Assembly (NCBI GenBank): GCA_021808485.1
Contig: JAKBBN010000002.1
Span: forward strand, 1,369 to 65,368
Length of the DNA stretch: 64,000 nucleotides
Origin: Planctomycetota bacterium
GTDB taxonomy: Bacteria; Planctomycetota; Phycisphaerae; WQYP01
Reading direction: 5' to 3'
Of this stretch, positions 1 through 9,637 are shown piece by piece; the first letter of the stretch is position 1, and each line of letters opens with the position of its first letter. Below the pieces are notes generated by a model that saw only the letters and a program-made list of their open reading frames with translations, did no database searches and was not told where the DNA came from. Made by a program: the position numbers and the translations under genes.

Positions 1-878
1 GCGGCCATCGCGCCGAATAGCCCAAACTCTCCTAATACCCATAATTTCAGTGCGGTTACCTTATACACCACAAATATACACGCATCTGCATATGATGCAA
101 AAGCTGAAAAACCCACAAGCGTAGTCGCCAGTCGCTTCCAAGGAGAAGAAAGCCCGGGCGCCGATAATCCTCCCGGACGCCACAGTCCAATGTAGATCAA
201 TAAGAGCCCGCTTATCAGGCATAAACTAAGTCCAGGCAGCATTAGTGGTTCCCATCCGGCTGGGTAGGCCCACGCCAGGACATTAGCGGCTGGTTTAACC
301 AAGGCCATAATTGTCTGAATGAGCACGAACATCCATAAACCCATGAGGATTCTTGCGACCAAATTGGTAAGCCATCCGGATTGCTTGCCGCCATCGGCAG
401 ATTTAGAACCAACGGCCGGTCCAGATTTTAACACCCTTAATAAAAGCCATATAAACACGATCGAGCCGAAACCCATGGAACAAATCGTGGCCGCAGCAGC
501 GAGGGCCCCGAACACACCTACCCCGGCAACATATCCAGCAGGAAGCAGAGAAAAAGCGATTGCTTTCGCCCCTATGCCTACTATTATCAATACGCGGCCA
601 ATTAGCGCTAAATTGCGTATTATTCCCGGGACCAATTTCCAATCGTTATAGGACACGGCGAACAATAACGTCAAGCAGGCAAGCGTCGGCAAGGTGCCCG
701 ATGGCCAATCTGCTATTCTTACCACGTACGTCCAAATGGGATCGCGGCCACCGTACTTTGCTTGATAGGCGAACAAATTTAAGTAGATCAGGATTGGAGC
801 CAAGCTGGCCGCGCAAAGAGCCAGCACAAGTACTACAACTGCGAGCATGGACGCGCGATCGGTGATCTGCACTTTCAT
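1..878 (-). CDS. multi-pass membrane protein, 3' end runs off the window (not in ORF track)
   Basis: Manual translation from ATG at 878 (MKVQITDRASMLAVVVLVLALCAASLAPILIYL...) stays open to position 1 with about 8 hydrophobic segments; the ORF track misses it because no stop lies in the window. Confidence 0.8.
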   Translation of the reverse strand, partial: MKVQITDRASMLAVVVLVLALCAASLAPILIYLNLFAYQAKYGGRDPIWTYVVRIADWPSGTLPTLACLTLLFAVSYNDWKLVPGIIRNLALIGRVLIIVGIGAKAIAFSLLPAGYVAGVGVFGALAAAATICSMGFGSIVFIWLLLRVLKSGPAVGSKSADGGKQSGWLTNLVARILMGLWMFVLIQTIMALVKPAANVLAWAYPAGWEPLMLPGLSLCLISGLLLIYIGLWRPGGLSAPGLSSPWKRLATTLVGFSAFASYADACIFVVYKVTALKLWVLGEFGLFGAMA

Positions 879-1027
879 TGCCAAAACACCCCGTACTCAA
901 TCCATGGCGATATTTAGCGTCGTGATGAACCGCCAGCCGGAACAAGCGGCTATACGAAAACGTTTTACCATTACCCATATCCTTTAGCAGCGGATATTAA
1001 ATGACATTGATTGGCCCAATGATCCGG

Positions 1028-2236
1028 TTATCGCCTGATCGACCACTCCACCACATGTGTGCCCGGCGTTCCGGTGCTCACGCCGCTGGTAACAAATGTG
1101 TCGTTGTTTACCCACGTCCCGACGGCAAGCTGCCGACTGGGCCGAACCGGAGACTTCCATAAGACGTCCAGATTCTTCACATTGAGAATAAGCAGTTGCG
1201 TATATCCCTCCGGATTCGCCCCCAAACTGAAGGCATAAACGCAGCAGAGACACAGCCGGCCGTTTGGCGAAATCTGCAGTATTTCCGGCGACCATGGAAG
1301 CAGCGAACCGGACAGTCTGGCCAGCCGCCGTAATGTCCACCGCCGGATACGCACAATCCCCATGCGGTTAACCAGTTCGATATGCCCCTGCGAGCCGACG
1401 AGGATGGCGCCGCCGCCGGGAGTGACAGTGCTTGCCACGCACAAACGAGGCGTGCGCGGGACAATAGGCGTCTCCTTTGCATTTGCTGCAGGAAGACCCT
1501 TCTTGATCGCCCATACCTGAATTGTCGGCGGCGGGTGTGAAATTGACGATCCGTGAATTGCCCCGATGTAACCTGGTGCGGTCGTCAGCCTGGAATGCAG
1601 CTGCGGGCGAAGTGTTTCCATCAGCCGGCCCGTGTGAACATCAAATAGCCGGGCTAATCCGCCCGCAAGCCTCACCACCGCAAATCGATGACCGATCAGC
1701 ATTACCGATTTGGGGCGCGACACAATCGGATCCCGCCAAATCATTTTTGGACCGGATTCCGACATCCGGAGCATACAGAGGTTCTGGAACGCGGTATCGG
1801 CGTCACGCCAATTTTTCGTGGTCCTCCGGAAAGTGCAGCCGATGACGCAGTCGCCAATGGAAACTTCCGGATCAAACCACGTGCCGGCCGCCAACGGCTT
1901 TCCAACGGTGAACCAACGACCCAGTAGTTTGCCGGCGGGCAGCTGCCACAAATCGACACAATATTCGGGAGTCCCGAATTCGCGCGGATAGGCGTGGCCC
2001 GGAAGCGACGGATTCTGAGGCGATGAAAAAAGGGTTAAAATCCTGCCGTCCGCCGGCGGTCCAAGCAGCACACCCTGACTCGCAATAATTTTCCCGGTAA
2101 TATGCAGGCCGCCGCTGCGTCCATCGGCACCGGCCGCACCGGGACAATCGGACACCAGCAGGCCCGCGAGCAGCGCGATCCCACCTACCCAAAAGAAATC
2201 GCGCCGTTTTTTTCGCATCCTATGCTCCGAACTCAA
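1028..2236 (-). CDS. secreted beta-propeller (WD40/YVTN-like) protein
   Basis: Basic N-terminus plus hydrophobic signal peptide; WD-like blades (VDLWQLPAGKLL, RLFDVHTGRL, IQVWAI, LQISPNGR). Confidence 0.7.
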   Translation of the reverse strand: MSSEHRMRKKRRDFFWVGGIALLAGLLVSDCPGAAGADGRSGGLHITGKIIASQGVLLGPPADGRILTLFSSPQNPSLPGHAYPREFGTPEYCVDLWQLPAGKLLGRWFTVGKPLAAGTWFDPEVSIGDCVIGCTFRRTTKNWRDADTAFQNLCMLRMSESGPKMIWRDPIVSRPKSVMLIGHRFAVVRLAGGLARLFDVHTGRLMETLRPQLHSRLTTAPGYIGAIHGSSISHPPPTIQVWAIKKGLPAANAKETPIVPRTPRLCVASTVTPGGGAILVGSQGHIELVNRMGIVRIRRWTLRRLARLSGSLLPWSPEILQISPNGRLCLCCVYAFSLGANPEGYTQLLILNVKNLDVLWKSPVRPSRQLAVGTWVNNDTFVTSGVSTGTPGTHVVEWSIRR

Positions 2237-2288
2237 TCAAATCCGCTGCAATCACCCAGGTTCGTATGGCGCAGCCCAGGGGCGATAG

Positions 2289-2717
2289 TCAGTCATGATA
2301 ATAAACCACAATACCCCGCTCGGATTGCCGCTCAAGCGTGATGGTCACCCGGCCGTCGGGACTCTCGTAAAACGGAACCTTTACAATGTGGTACCGCCTA
2401 AATGCACTTTCATCCAGGTTATACCAGCGGTGAAACGTTACGCCGTTAATCCGAACCGTCTTATCCGCAGCAAGGAGCCGTGAAAGCGGTGACCGCCGCG
2501 GCACGCGGCTTATCTTGATTTTCAATATAAACTGAAATTTTCCATTGGAAAAAGGGACAACAAGCGCTGTCCCCGCCTTGATTGGTCCCACGAAATCGGA
2601 TTTTTGAGGCACACGGCGTCCGCAACCGGCTGCAAAAAGTGAGAATAACAGCAGAAGCAACCACAATACCGGTGGGCTGCCAATTCGCTTGCCCGCAACG
2701 TCAGCTTTTGTTTTCAC
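2289..2717 (-). CDS. orphan lipoprotein, putative immunity protein
   Basis: Hydrophobic stretch ending in lipobox FAAG-C; GTG at 2717 overlaps the stop of the upstream frame (GTGA); the ORF track start at 2804 is an alternative. Confidence 0.6.
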   Translation of the reverse strand: MKTKADVAGKRIGSPPVLWLLLLLFSLFAAGCGRRVPQKSDFVGPIKAGTALVVPFSNGKFQFILKIKISRVPRRSPLSRLLAADKTVRINGVTFHRWYNLDESAFRRYHIVKVPFYESPDGRVTITLERQSERGIVVYYHD

Positions 2718-2899
2718 GGATTGCGTGCATTGACCGCGGCAGACCCGACCGCTTCGCGGCTTTGTGTCGCCGTTTTGCTGACAATGTTCGTCCAGTGCGA
2801 CCATAAACCTGCCTTGAAATAGGTCGACGTAATCCTGATAGTTGAATCATACGCCGGCAATCGCGGTGTGCCAAGGCAATTCACCTTCTTAGCCATCAA
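2714..2899 (-). pseudogene. probable C-terminal remnant of an RHS-type gene, coupled to the lipoprotein
   Basis: Lies right after a YD fragment, and its TGA (2714-2716) overlaps the GTG of the lipoprotein gene. Confidence 0.35.
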
Positions 2900-3000
2900 T
2901 TATTGCGATAACCGAGTTGCCCTTACCATCAACGCTTACCGTCTGGTTCCCCCGGCTGTCATAGCCGGTAAGGGTGAAGATGGTCGCTGGTTGCGAACCC
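2889..3000 (-). pseudogene. RHS/YD-repeat fragment
   Basis: Manual translation GSQPATIFTLTGYDSRGNQTVSVDGKGNSVIAIIDG* fits the YDxxGNxxxxxDxxGN YD-repeat pattern. Confidence 0.7.
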
Positions 3001-3222
3001 TGACTGGCTGGTTTTGGCGCCCCCCCGCGACAGCATAGAAACGGGTCGCTCGGGTGCGTGACAATCTACGCGGGCCGAGTTTGCGGATTAAAGGAGTGTT
3101 GATATTTTCTAAAGACTTTTGGCTTTGGTTGCACCCTATAGCCGCTTTTACGACCAAACCACGAAGGTCGGGCTAACGAAAATAAGCGGCTCCCAAATCA
3201 GGAGGCCAATTCAGGCCCGTTA

Positions 3223-4419
3223 CTAAGGTCTGCGTGCGACGGCCCATAGGCGAATCGAGCCTGCGGTAGCGCCCAAAAGTTCCCGCCCGTTCGGCGACAG
3301 CGACGCCGACCACAGCCCGCCCATAATTGCGCCAGATTTTGCCACCGCATCGCCGGTCTTCAAATCGAATACAATATACCTTCCAAACCCACCCGGAAAG
3401 GGTTGTCTAATATCGCCGCTTACCTGCTCGGCAATGGCCGCGACCTCACCTTTCGCCGCTACTGAAAGGCACGTTCCCATCGCATTAAACCAAGGATTCC
3501 GTCCTCCTGTCGCGCTCAGTTTTCGCGCCAGACGGTTGGGAAATCGGAATGCGCGCTTCAGTCGTCCGGAGGCAGCCGTATAGACCCACACCGGCAATTC
3601 CGCCTTGGTCCCGCTCCAACCTGAGCAGACCAGGATGTTACCGGCGTCGGCCGGAATCATGCAAGAAAAGCCGCTTCGCTTGCGATCGGCCATCGCCTTG
3701 CGGTATATCATTCGGCCACCCGGCAAGGTCCATGCCATAAGGTGCTGCACCGAGGCGGCAACGATCCTGTCACCGCCAGCGAAACATATCCCTACCAGGC
3801 CGCCTGAATTTTTTAGGTTTGGCAGCGGGAGCCGGAATGCAATCGTTCCTCCTTTAACCCGCACGACATGTAAACTCCCGTCGCTGCCGCGAAACACGAT
3901 GCGCCGCCCGTGTAATGACAGTGCGAGGTGAGCCGGGCCAGTCCGGAAATTGCGAGCCCTGTGTAGGACTATCCGACTGATACAACGCTTGCTTTTCACG
4001 CTCCAGATGCAAATAGCAGGCACCCCCCCCGGCCCGGTTATCGAAGACGCAAACACCGCGCCATCGCCGGAGAGACACCCTCTGGCTGAATAATGGACCT
4101 TTAATTCCGGTGAGATCTGCGAAAGGTCCTGGTGGATAATCCCGTGAGTGCCCAGCGGTGAACCAAAGCCCAGCGATGGCCACCAGTTATGCGCTGTAGC
4201 GATGGATGTCGGTCCCGTCCAGCGGCTTTCCACGACGCCATGAACCCCATCGGGCAGGAACTGTACAAATTGGCAACCAATTAGGGCATGATTGGAGGGC
4301 CAGAACCGGAGAACGCTCACCTTTCGGGGGCCGTCGGCCCTAAGGCCAGCTGCGCAAAATGAAAGAAAAACAATCACGGCTGCCAACCATGGAGCCAAAG
4401 AACGAGATGTCCCCATCAT
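3223..4419 (-). CDS. secreted WD40-like beta-propeller protein
   Basis: Signal peptide; blades such as CLSGDGAVFAS...ICIWSVKS, ALSLHGRRIV, SLSPNGRELLGATAGSIRLWAV. Confidence 0.75.
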   Translation of the reverse strand: MMGTSRSLAPWLAAVIVFLSFCAAGLRADGPRKVSVLRFWPSNHALIGCQFVQFLPDGVHGVVESRWTGPTSIATAHNWWPSLGFGSPLGTHGIIHQDLSQISPELKVHYSARGCLSGDGAVFASSITGPGGVPAICIWSVKSKRCISRIVLHRARNFRTGPAHLALSLHGRRIVFRGSDGSLHVVRVKGGTIAFRLPLPNLKNSGGLVGICFAGGDRIVAASVQHLMAWTLPGGRMIYRKAMADRKRSGFSCMIPADAGNILVCSGWSGTKAELPVWVYTAASGRLKRAFRFPNRLARKLSATGGRNPWFNAMGTCLSVAAKGEVAAIAEQVSGDIRQPFPGGFGRYIVFDLKTGDAVAKSGAIMGGLWSASLSPNGRELLGATAGSIRLWAVARRP

Positions 4420-4515
4420 AAAACACCCTTAAAAATATTGCTATTCCGCCCGCCGGGCCAGGGCTTCGCATTCTTGGATATGGGCTGGGCCGCCCGCTGC
4501 GCGAGGCGAAGGCAG

Positions 4516-4698
4516 CCCGGCGACGGAGAGCAGGTTAATCTGCAGGCATTCATCAATGTATGTGCCCCATACATATTGCTTCGTTGGCGTATCAGTGCTG
4601 CCGCTACCGCCGAACGGATTTCTTTCCTCCATCGTCTGCCATCCCTGCCAGACGTAATCCGTTGTGCCATTGGGAATGTTGCCCGTCAGCCCGCCGTT
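4516..4698 (-). pseudogene. RHS-core fragment
   Basis: NGGLTGNIPNGTTDYVWQGWQTMEERNPFGGSGSTDTPTKQYVWGTYIDECLQ matches the TxYxY/W.GWQ..EE...QYVWG..YIDE segment that precedes RHS cores; the rest of ORF 4441..4896 looks unrelated. Confidence 0.8.
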
Positions 4699-4713
4699 GG
4701 GATAATTGCCAGC

Positions 4714-4758
4714 CACAGAGATCACAGAGGACTCAGAGGCCGCAGGGGCCGCAGGGGA
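4714..4758 (+). repeat. degenerate 9-nt tandem repeat x5 (CACAGAG-type, REP-like)
   Basis: cacagagat/cacagagga/ctcagaggc/cgcaggggc/cgcagggga. Confidence 0.75.
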
Positions 4759-5334
4759 TTTGCCATAGCGCCCGAATCGGTCCTTCCGGCGGCGACCGCT
4801 TCGCGGCCTTGTGTCGTTGCGGCAAAGTTTTTCGCCAAGTGCGACCATGCAGCTTTCCCAATCTCGATCAAAATGATCATGGAACCACTTTACCACAAAT
4901 CCCCGGTTTGCAAACCATCAGGTATTGGCCGGATTGGAAATACCCGGCTCTGCCCTAAAACCGTCCAAGTGGAGCGCATTGCGTATATTCACAACACCGC
5001 GCCCCGCAACGGCAAGGTGTTTGCGTATGAAACGACACGGGCTTGCGGATGCGCCATGAGCAGTAGTCAGTTATCGGTGGGCGGGCAATGCCTCGGGCGG
5101 CGGAAGGAATAAGGCCGCATCGGTACGCGGCTTGAAAAACCGGCGGTCAATTTTCATGTATACCCCAACCGGCGATGATCCGCCGATACCCCGGCTGCCG
5201 TTCCAAGACAGAGCCTTGCCCCCTATTGGCCAATGAACGCTTTACCGGTATTCTGCACCACGGAAACGATGGCGTAACCACGCAGACGCGGCGGCGGACA
5301 ACTTGGAATTACCGAGCCGGAAAGGTCCGTATTT

Positions 5335-7194
5335 ATGCAGTCCATACCCAATCAAAATCAGGCCGCCCCCACACCCCCGCCGGTTGCGGATTTCAGCCGC
5401 CAATCCCGGCACACCGCGGACAACATTCCACCCGGCTTTCCTTCCGTGCCGAACGCCCGCGCCGCGGCTTGGATACGCTGGTGCACGGATATGTGCCGTC
5501 CGGACCGCGTCGTACTGTTGGACGGCACGCCGCGGCAGCGGGCCCAATTGCTGGAACAGGGCGTCGCCGAAGGCGTTTTCATCCGGCTCAACCAATCCCT
5601 GCTGCCGGGCTGTTACCTGCACCGCTCCAATCCCAATGATGTCGCCCGCTCCGAACAGAACACCTATATTTGCACACCGGCTCGCGATATGGCCGGCCCC
5701 ACGAACAACTGGCTGGACAGCCGCTCCGCCTACGAAACACTGCGCAAACTTTTTGACGGCTGCATGGCCGGGCGAACACTCTACATCGTTCCATTTGTGA
5801 TGGGGCCGATCGGTTCTCCGCTCACCCGTGTGGGCATTCAGTTAACCGACAGCCTGTATGCGGCCGCGAGCATGGGCGTTATGACGCGCATGGGGGATAT
5901 TGCGTGGGAGGTGCTGGGTCAAAGCGATGATTTCACGCACTGCCTGCACAGCATCGGCGACTGCGATCCGGACCGCCGCTACATCTGCCATTTCCCGCTG
6001 GATAACACCATATGGAGTTTCGGCTCCGGTTACGGCGGCAACGCCCTGCTGGGTAAAAAGTGCATGGCGCTGCGGATAGCCGGTTTCCAGGGTTTCGCCC
6101 AGGGGTGGATGGCCGAGCATATGCTTATCAGCGGGGTTCAAATCGACCATGAAAAAACCTATGTTGCCGCCGCATTCCCCAGCGCGTGCGGCAAAACCAA
6201 CTTCGCCATGCTTATCCCCCCGGATGATTACAAACGCGCCGGCTGGCGGGTATCCACCGTTGGAGACGACATCGCCTGGATGTGGGTGGACCATGCCACC
6301 GGACGCCTGCGCGCCATTAATCCCGAAGCCGGCTATTTCGGGGTTCTGCCCGGCACCAGTCCGGCCACCAATCCAAACGCCATGGCCGCCATGGCCCGTG
6401 ATACGATTTATACCAATGCCGCACTGTTGCCGGATGGCGATGTCTGGTGGGAAGGTAAAACAGCGCATCCCCCCGCCCACTGTGTGGACTGGCTCGGACA
6501 ACCCTGGACACCCGGCTGCGGGCGAAAGGCCGCCCATCCCAACAGCCGCTTCACCGCCCCCATGCGGAATAATCCCGCATTGGACCCCGCCGCCGAAGAC
6601 CCGGCCGGAGTGGAAATAAGTGCGATTATTTTCGGCGGACGGCGCTCCAGCGCCGTGCCGCTGGTCTACCAGGCATTTAACTGGATGCACGGGGTATATG
6701 TGGGGGCTACGCTCGGCAGCGAAACCACGGCGGCCGCATCCGGAAAAATTGGCGTGGTCCGCCGCGATCCCATGGCCATGCTGCCCTTCATCGGCTACAA
6801 CATTCGCGACTATTTCCTGCACTGGTTCCGCATGCGCACCGCCATGACCGATTGCCCGCGCATATTCCATGTCAACTGGTTTCGCAAAAACAGCGGCGGC
6901 GGGTTTATGTGGCCCGGCTTCGGCGAAAACATCCGCATCCTGGAGTGGATCATCCACCGCTGCCGCGGCCGGGCATATGCCATGGAAACGCTTCTGGGCT
7001 GGATGCCCCGCCCGGAGGACATCAATTTGAAGGGCCTCGCACTGTCACCGGCTGATTTCGCCGCCGCGCAAAAGGTTAATGTGGAAGAATTCAAGGCGGA
7101 AATCCTGGCGGAAGAAGAGCTTTTCATTAAACTTGCCGGGGACCTGCCCAAGGAGATCATCTTCATCCGCGAACTGCTGATCAGCCGCCTGTAA
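5335..7194 (+). CDS. pckG: phosphoenolpyruvate carboxykinase (GTP)
   Basis: SGYGGNALLGKKC, AFPSACGKTN, VGDDIAW, AHPNSRF, FGGRR, FHVNWFRK, WPGFGEN. Confidence 0.97.
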   Translation: MQSIPNQNQAAPTPPPVADFSRQSRHTADNIPPGFPSVPNARAAAWIRWCTDMCRPDRVVLLDGTPRQRAQLLEQGVAEGVFIRLNQSLLPGCYLHRSNPNDVARSEQNTYICTPARDMAGPTNNWLDSRSAYETLRKLFDGCMAGRTLYIVPFVMGPIGSPLTRVGIQLTDSLYAAASMGVMTRMGDIAWEVLGQSDDFTHCLHSIGDCDPDRRYICHFPLDNTIWSFGSGYGGNALLGKKCMALRIAGFQGFAQGWMAEHMLISGVQIDHEKTYVAAAFPSACGKTNFAMLIPPDDYKRAGWRVSTVGDDIAWMWVDHATGRLRAINPEAGYFGVLPGTSPATNPNAMAAMARDTIYTNAALLPDGDVWWEGKTAHPPAHCVDWLGQPWTPGCGRKAAHPNSRFTAPMRNNPALDPAAEDPAGVEISAIIFGGRRSSAVPLVYQAFNWMHGVYVGATLGSETTAAASGKIGVVRRDPMAMLPFIGYNIRDYFLHWFRMRTAMTDCPRIFHVNWFRKNSGGGFMWPGFGENIRILEWIIHRCRGRAYAMETLLGWMPRPEDINLKGLALSPADFAAAQKVNVEEFKAEILAEEELFIKLAGDLPKEIIFIRELLISRL

Positions 7195-7345
7195 CCCGCA
7201 AATTGCCGCCGGCGCCGGCCGCGCATGCATGATCCCCTTTCACATTATCCCCGCCTGTCCGCCAAATCCGACGGCAACCTACCGCGTCAGGCGAAAATGC
7301 GGTAACCTATCATTGTGCAGAACAGGCCTTATGAAAGGGTTTTCC

Positions 7346-7615
7346 ATGCACCGCATAACTCTTTTGATCAAACCGGATTCGGATGCCTGCCGCGCGGTAC
7401 GCCGTGTCATTGAATTGGTGGTCACGCCGCATGTGCCCGCCGTCATTGAAGAAATTGACATCACCCGCGATCCGGCCCTGCTGGAAAAATATCAGGACCG
7501 CGTTCCCGTGGTGCTGATTGATGGAAATGAAAAATTCACCGGCACGGTGGACCCGGACAAACTCGCCCAGCTGTTTTACGATGAACTGGGTGAAAAACTG
7601 ATCGGCTTTAATTGA
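7346..7615 (+). CDS. glutaredoxin-like (DUF836-type) protein with SxxC
   Basis: ITLLIKPDSDAC...EEIDITRDPALLEKY..RVPVVLIDG thioredoxin-fold pattern. Confidence 0.8.
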   Translation: MHRITLLIKPDSDACRAVRRVIELVVTPHVPAVIEEIDITRDPALLEKYQDRVPVVLIDGNEKFTGTVDPDKLAQLFYDELGEKLIGFN

Positions 7616-7700
7616 TTCGTCCGGTCCGCCGGTCGCGGCGTCCGGCCCATCCGCGGCAAATCCGCCGGCTCCATGCGCCGGCCCCTGGAGATTTTATAAC

Positions 7701-8132
7701 ATGACACCGTACACGCCCGACTCCTCCGTACCATCCGTCGCGGAACACCGCATAAAAATCCGCGTAAGATATGTGGAATGCGATCCGATGGGATATTTGC
7801 ATCATTCCAATTACCTGCCGTTTTTTGAAATGGGCCGTACGGAACTGCTGCGGATGCAAGGCATGAACTACCGCGATCTGGAACAGGAGGGATTCTTTTT
7901 TGTCGTCGCAAAAATAAATGTGTCATTTAAACGCCCCGCCCGCTATGACGACGAGCTTGAACTTTGCACGCGCGTCATGCGCCGGACTCACGTGCGCATA
8001 GACCATGCCTATGAACTTTATAATCTGGCTGACAACCGCCTGATCTGCACTGCGGAAACCACCATCGCCTGCGTCAACCCTCGGGGACAGGTCATCGCCA
8101 TTCCCCAGCGGCTCGCGGCGGAAACACAATAA
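7701..8132 (+). CDS. acyl-CoA thioesterase (YbgC/4HBT hotdog family)
   Basis: IRVRYVECDPMGYLHHSNYLPFFEMGRTE, FKRPARYDDEL. Confidence 0.92.
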   Translation: MTPYTPDSSVPSVAEHRIKIRVRYVECDPMGYLHHSNYLPFFEMGRTELLRMQGMNYRDLEQEGFFFVVAKINVSFKRPARYDDELELCTRVMRRTHVRIDHAYELYNLADNRLICTAETTIACVNPRGQVIAIPQRLAAETQ

Positions 8133-8205
8133 CCGCCGGTGTGCCCCGCGACCGCGCCGAATCGCAGCTTCGCCGCCGCAAACCATCTTATTGACTGCCC
8201 ATGCC

Positions 8206-9606
8206 ATGCAAGACAATCAATTACCTCCCCTGCCGGCCGCCACCACCCCATCGCCGCCTGCCGCGGCGGATACACCGCCTGCAGCGCATGCGGATTTTTT
8301 GATTCTGGGCGCCGGCGCCGCGGGCATGATGGCCGCTGCCGCGTGCGGCGAATTGCTGAACAAGCGACGTCACCCGCCTATCCGGATCGTGGTCCTGGAA
8401 AAAAATCCGCGGCCGGGCATCAAGGTGCTGGTGTGCGGCGGCGGACGGTGCAATGTCACCAATGCCGGTGATCTGGACTATTTAATCGCGCAGTTCGGCC
8501 GCAACGGGCGTTTTCTCACGCCGGCATTGCAGGCACTGGACAACAACGCCCTGCGGACATGGCTGGCCGGGCACGGCGTGCCGACCCATGAGGAACATGA
8601 CGGAAAAATTTATCCGGATTCCAACAAGGCCAGCAGCGTGGTGAATGCATTTCTTGACGCCATGGCCGAAGCCGGGGTGGAAGTCCATTCCGGTGCGGAT
8701 CATGCCGCCGCGGATGTCACGCACGATGCGGCCGACGGAAAATTCGTTGTCCGCACCAGTGGCGGCGCGGTATGGAGGGCCGGAGTTCTGCTGATTTGCG
8801 TCGGCGGCCAAAGCTATACCCGCATGGGCACCACCGGTGACGGGTACCGCTTCGCCGCCGCACTCGGCCACGACCTGGTAACGCCGCGGCCCGCCATTGT
8901 TCCCTTGCTGTGCAAACAAGCATGGATCAGCGAACTGCAGGGCTTGGCCGTGCCGGATGTGGAAGTCCGGATTGAATCACCCGGACCGCTGCCGCGGCTG
9001 GCCACCGGCAAGCCGGCGCCCAGCATCAACGATCTATTGTTCACGCACTTCGGCCTGTCCGGACCCGCGGTGCTCAACCTGTCGGAAATCGTCGCCGAAC
9101 TTCTCGAAAAATTCCCGGATTTAACGCTCAGAATTGATTTTGCCCGTCATAGCCCGCGCGATGAATTATCCGCACGGATACGCCGTTGGCACGATACCGA
9201 CGGCCGCAAACTGGCGCGCACAATGCTGGCGGAAATAGTACCCCAACGCCTGGCGGACATGATCTGCCGGCTGTCCGGCATTGACGATGCGGGAATTTGC
9301 AGCCAATTGTCCGCCGGGCAGGCCCATGCCATTGTTGAACACCTCAAGGCATGCCGCGTTACCGTTTATGCCACCCGCGGATTTAAGGAGGCAATGGTCA
9401 CCGCCGGCGGAGTGAAGCTTGATCAGGTGAATCCGAAAAATATGGAATCGCGCATCTGCCCCGGGCTTCTGCTTGCCGGTGAAGTGCTGGACCTTACCGG
9501 CCCCAGCGGCGGATACAACCTGCAACTGGCGTTCTCCACCGGATATCTCGCCGGCATCACCGCCTCCCGGCTGATACGCAATCCCGCCGCTCCCGGGATG
9601 GTTTGA
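8206..9606 (+). CDS. BaiN/HI0933-family flavoprotein
   Basis: GAGAAGMMAA, GGGRCNVTN, GTTGDGY, LFTHFGLSGP, AMVTAGGV, GGYNLQLAFSTG; start uncertain (8191 or 8206). Confidence 0.93.
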   Translation: MQDNQLPPLPAATTPSPPAAADTPPAAHADFLILGAGAAGMMAAAACGELLNKRRHPPIRIVVLEKNPRPGIKVLVCGGGRCNVTNAGDLDYLIAQFGRNGRFLTPALQALDNNALRTWLAGHGVPTHEEHDGKIYPDSNKASSVVNAFLDAMAEAGVEVHSGADHAAADVTHDAADGKFVVRTSGGAVWRAGVLLICVGGQSYTRMGTTGDGYRFAAALGHDLVTPRPAIVPLLCKQAWISELQGLAVPDVEVRIESPGPLPRLATGKPAPSINDLLFTHFGLSGPAVLNLSEIVAELLEKFPDLTLRIDFARHSPRDELSARIRRWHDTDGRKLARTMLAEIVPQRLADMICRLSGIDDAGICSQLSAGQAHAIVEHLKACRVTVYATRGFKEAMVTAGGVKLDQVNPKNMESRICPGLLLAGEVLDLTGPSGGYNLQLAFSTGYLAGITASRLIRNPAAPGMV

Positions 9607-9637
9607 TGGAAATCCGCGGACAATTTACACTTCTCGC

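Noticed and set aside
646-978. 110-aa ORF with an apparent RBS
   Set aside because: Overlaps, out of frame, the much more protein-like membrane gene starting at 878
4800-5000. Possible GxxExxY gene remnant after the CACAGAG repeat
   Set aside because: Only a vague resemblance (...VQVERIAY); no GxxExxY motif
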